From assembly GCA_963827165.1 (NCBI GenBank), contig CAWGZR010000006.1, positions 32,001 to 96,000 of the forward strand: a stretch of DNA of 64,000 bases, read 5' to 3'. The stretch is from Candidatus Bathyarchaeota archaeon. GTDB lineage: Archaea > Thermoproteota > Bathyarchaeia > Bathyarchaeales > Bathycorpusculaceae. Under the pieces are notes generated by a model, which did not search any database, was not told the origin of the DNA, and saw only the letters and a program-made list of their open reading frames with translations. Below, piece after piece: positions 60,583-64,000 of this stretch. Made by a program: the position numbers and the translations under genes. How positions within the stretch are numbered: the first letter of the stretch is position 1; each line of letters opens with the position of its first letter.

Positions 60583-61114
60583 ACAAACCCCTCGACAAAT
60601 AATGTCAGTGTATAAAAAGGCTCAAAGCACAAGCAAAAGCCTTGCTAAGCAATCCCTTCCTGACGGAAGCAGATATGAAAAAAAAGAGCCTTAACTAGAC
60701 TGCGAATCCTTCGCTGTTATAATCCTCCACCTGTGAAGTAGCATTTTCAATAGAACTTCTTTTAAACTTTTCTATTTTGCATACGATGAACCGCTTGAAA
60801 AACAAGGAACCGAAAATAAGATTGACCCAAAAAAGCGCAAGGTGCCAAATGCAAACGCCGCTTGCAGCTAGCCATCTTTTATGATTGAACAACCGCTGGA
60901 TCGAAACCATTATTCTCAACTTTCTTAATTCTTGCTAAACAAGTAACTAAAAAAAGCATTTAAACCTTATTTCAAAAAACAAAACAAATCGAAAGAATTC
61001 TGGCAACGAACTTGTTAGAGGCCACCTTGCGATAGTTGAAAAGTAAACTTTGCTAAAGTTCAAAAACATGCATATAATCAACTCCAACTTGAAATGATAT
61101 GTCAATTACATAGC

Positions 61115-61336
61115 TTAGTCTGCTACTATTTCTTTTTGAGAGGGTATTACAAATAAATCGACGTTGTCCTGCCTTACGGTTTTGTTGACTGTTTTTTGCG
61201 GTTGTTTTGTTTTGGATTGTCTTGGTCTCCCCGCCAAATAAAGGCTCCATCCAGCGATAAAGATTATGATTATCATGGGTGCGAATAGGATTACCACGAG
61301 TTTGCTGCGCTTTTTTCTGGTCGTTGGTTTTGCCAA
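61115..61336 (-). CDS. Small single-TM protein
   Basis: Basic N-terminus, TM LVVILFAPMIIIIFIAGWSLY. Confidence 0.65.
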   Translation of the reverse strand: MAKPTTRKKRSKLVVILFAPMIIIIFIAGWSLYLAGRPRQSKTKQPQKTVNKTVRQDNVDLFVIPSQKEIVAD

Positions 61337-61535
61337 GCAAAGGCACTTTCCGCACTCTCATTACTTGATTCTTCAGATATAAACTTTCCTTGAATAGAGG
61401 TGAAACGCTCCCCGCAATGGATCCCGAACTATTATGTTCATTAGCAGGCTTGATTTGACAACTCTTTTGAGCACACACTTTGCAGCCTAACAATATTAAG
61501 GAAAGCTTTTATTCAAAACAAACAAACATCAATAT

Positions 61536-62522
61536 ATGCCTCAATTTCTCTCCGGCCAAGCTTTATACGAAACAATACAAAGCAAATCAATTGATACAAA
61601 AGGAATTCTGTGGATGTGCTCTCCAAATCTTGGCTCTAACGCCCACGAAGTTTTCTCCCAAGAAATCTCGAAGAGCCCCCCTGCCGATATCCGGTTTATT
61701 TCCAGGATAAACGAGTCTTCAGTAAAGAAAGGTGAGGTCTCTCCATATGAAGCTCAGTACATCATTGAGCATTTCGGAAACCACAGCATCAAATCATTGG
61801 ATGGCTTCAATTCAAATATCTACATCTTTGACGATTCGGCAGTAATAACCTCAGCTTGCTTGGAAAAAACATCGTTTGAAAGTGGCACAGAGGTCGGCGT
61901 GACTTTAGAAGGGCGCCAGTTTGACGAGTCTAAGGCGTTTTTTGATCAAAATCTGTGGCAACATGCAAAGCCTGTGGGCGATCTGAGGAAACTCAAGCAG
62001 ATGTGGAATTCAACACAAATTAAGTCCAAGATGGAGAAAATAAAGAAAGTCAAGCCCCTTATTCAATTCAGGAGTTGGACAGATGAATACGTTAACAGAT
62101 GGTACATTGCAGTCTCTTTTCAGTTGCCTGCAAAGACCGAGCGCAAAATAAAGAAAGAAATAACATGGCCAAATGAGTTGGCAGTCGTGGGAGATGTTGG
62201 CTACCAAACTTTTAGGGAACTTAAACTGGGTGACTTAGCTTATCTAGTTAACTTCAAGAACAAGCGTGGGAAAGTGGAAATCGAAAGGGCACGCATATTT
62301 GACAAAATCAAAGTCGAAACTGATGAGGGCGACCTTCACTTTGCATACCATGCAGACAACAAATACCTAATGGAAAGGGAACAATTCTTTGAGATGCTAA
62401 GAAACGTAAATATTAATCCTTCAAGAACCTTCGAAACCCTACTCAACACGGAACAAGTTACCCAACTAAACGATTGTCTTATATCAATAAGACCTAAAAG
62501 GAAAAGGAAAGCGAAATCATAG
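61536..62522 (+). CDS. Phospholipase D-like nuclease-fold protein with degenerate catalytic motif
   Basis: CSPNL, FNSNIYIFDDSAVITSACL...EVG aligns to the PLD_2 consensus LHAKIYIFD..AIITSANLT....N.E.G. Confidence 0.7.
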   Translation: MPQFLSGQALYETIQSKSIDTKGILWMCSPNLGSNAHEVFSQEISKSPPADIRFISRINESSVKKGEVSPYEAQYIIEHFGNHSIKSLDGFNSNIYIFDDSAVITSACLEKTSFESGTEVGVTLEGRQFDESKAFFDQNLWQHAKPVGDLRKLKQMWNSTQIKSKMEKIKKVKPLIQFRSWTDEYVNRWYIAVSFQLPAKTERKIKKEITWPNELAVVGDVGYQTFRELKLGDLAYLVNFKNKRGKVEIERARIFDKIKVETDEGDLHFAYHADNKYLMEREQFFEMLRNVNINPSRTFETLLNTEQVTQLNDCLISIRPKRKRKAKS

Positions 62523-62566
62523 CTGACTAGTTTTTCGAGCCTTAAATGGTGAGCCAAGTGGTCCGT

Positions 62567-62818
62567 TTAGTGAAAACTGCTTAAACCGAAAAACCTCAAA
62601 ACGTTGATTCCGCGTTCCGTTGAACTGTAACCAACAGGGATATTATTTGCACCTACTATCAGCGTAATTAAAGATGTTTTAACAAGAATTTCTAAAGAAT
62701 CTCCAAGTTGGCCTTCTCCAATTTTTGTGGTTGACAGCATGTCATCAAAAGTTATTTTGTTTCTTTTTTCCACAATCCGAAGTAAAGCTAAACACTGTTC
62801 AAGTTTGCTATGTTGCAT
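62567..62818 (-). CDS. Small winged helix-turn-helix protein
   Basis: SKLE....L.........L..LV...LI......YS.TERG..VL.FF pattern. Confidence 0.7.
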   Translation of the reverse strand: MQHSKLEQCLALLRIVEKRNKITFDDMLSTTKIGEGQLGDSLEILVKTSLITLIVGANNIPVGYSSTERGINVLRFFGLSSFH

Positions 62819-63141
62819 TTGAAATCATAATTATTAATTTCACAAGATATATAAAAAATTTTGCAGTTCTTTTTCGCGAGAACACGAGCCATTATCCATT
62901 GCCATAAGCAAATGAAAAAGGAAATTTGCAGTAGCCCATCGAAAAAAGCCGCCCCCCGAACTGAAAGGAATAAAAGCCCTTTCCTTTCTCCTCGTTTTGC
63001 TCCTTTTCCCATAAAATGCTAAGCCGGCAAAATAGCGTATAAGTCATATTCCAAGAGCGGATTAAGTCGCAAAAGAAATTGACCTTTGATCGCGCCGCTT
63101 TGAGATGTAAGATTTAATTTGTGTGATACTTTGGGGATAAA

Positions 63142-63711
63142 TCACAAAACGCCACTTCGCTTGTCAACTGAGCCTACCAAAACATTCAACTCGTTTATGT
63201 CTAATTGCTGAGATAGCCATTTTTTAAGAATTAATGAAAAACTCGGCAATGCGCCCGTATACACGATTAATTTGTTTCCCTTAAGTGCGTTGACTTGAAA
63301 AACCGTCATATCTTCTTTATAATTGAAAGTCAAGCTTTGCGCCTTTACTGCCAATGCCTTAAAATCGCTCCACTGTTTGCATTGAAAAGTCGCGGAAGAT
63401 AGGTTATCGAACGCCTTGAAAGGTGTAGTTTGACCCGTTTGCTCCTTAATTTGGGTTGGAAGAGTTCCTTTTGGCGAGTTGTCTAATACGAAGGCGATTA
63501 GGTTTGTTACTTCTTTTTGGATTTGGCTTATTGTTTCTTCAGTTTTTTCGACTTTACTGTTTAATCCGTTTTTTGTCTTGCCTATTTGTTCGGTGACCGT
63601 TGCAATGTCATGAAATAATTTATCCAAATGCTGTTCATGTTCTTTTAGAGCGTTGATTATGAAATCTAACGCCTCTAGAGATTTGTCTTTCGAGTCGTGG
63701 TCGTCTGTCAT
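63142..63711 (-). CDS. Hypothetical protein with N-terminal coiled coil
   Basis: EALDFIINALKEHEQ.LD heptads, C-terminal C.QW.DFK.LA domain. Start trimmed to MTDDHD. Confidence 0.7.
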   Translation of the reverse strand: MTDDHDSKDKSLEALDFIINALKEHEQHLDKLFHDIATVTEQIGKTKNGLNSKVEKTEETISQIQKEVTNLIAFVLDNSPKGTLPTQIKEQTGQTTPFKAFDNLSSATFQCKQWSDFKALAVKAQSLTFNYKEDMTVFQVNALKGNKLIVYTGALPSFSLILKKWLSQQLDINELNVLVGSVDKRSGVL

Positions 63712-64000
63712 GTCTTTCAATTTCCAAGTTGAAACTAAGCTATTTTTCTTTTTAAGGCATATTTCGGCAAAGAAATATTCTATCTCTTGATAGTAGCGGC
63801 CAACAAGTTGGTTACGACTGGTTTTTTCAAGGTGATCATTTTTCTTCTGGAGCGGGACAAATATTATATAGCAATACGTCATATACATTGCAAGGTTAAA
63901 CACAGCTCTTTGTAGGAGCAAGTAGGTAAGGAAGAATCAAAACGCGAAAAGAAGCAACGCTAACCTGCCCTAATCAGGCATGTGGAAAAGTTATCCCTAA

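Noticed and set aside
60965-61005. Minus-strand T-rich tract resembling the leader 5' part (similar tract at ~39215-39255)
   Set aside because: Low-complexity similarity that needs gaps, and no clear array follows.

Overview
Archaeal chromosome segment. The gene content and the intron-containing tRNA fit Bathyarchaeia, though that assignment is an inference. Positions 1-14.4 kb are mostly housekeeping: a partial collagen-like surface protein, an ABC-2 exporter, tRNA-Tyr(GUA) with two BHB introns, pfkA, a flavodoxin-like protein, an NTPase, trm1, proC, a HAD phosphatase, a radical SAM/SPASM enzyme, DCD-like and GOLD-like proteins, and aspartate kinase. Positions ~15-60 kb form a cell-surface island. 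It holds large secreted or anchored Ig-repeat, PQQ-propeller, GH18-like and deacetylase proteins, followed by a glycan cluster (flippase, GT2/GT4s, acyltransferases, RmlD, B12 radical SAM, split DUF1616, PIG-L/WbqC/DegT). The window ends with wHTH regulators and a degenerate PLD-family protein. The most unexplained signal is a non-coding element family: a conserved 69-70 bp G/T-rich leader followed in register by a tandem 10-bp array whose unit differs in each copy (7877-8015, 8052-8151, 15802-15930). Three surface-protein genes also carry exact internal duplications with sharply switching codon-third-position skew.
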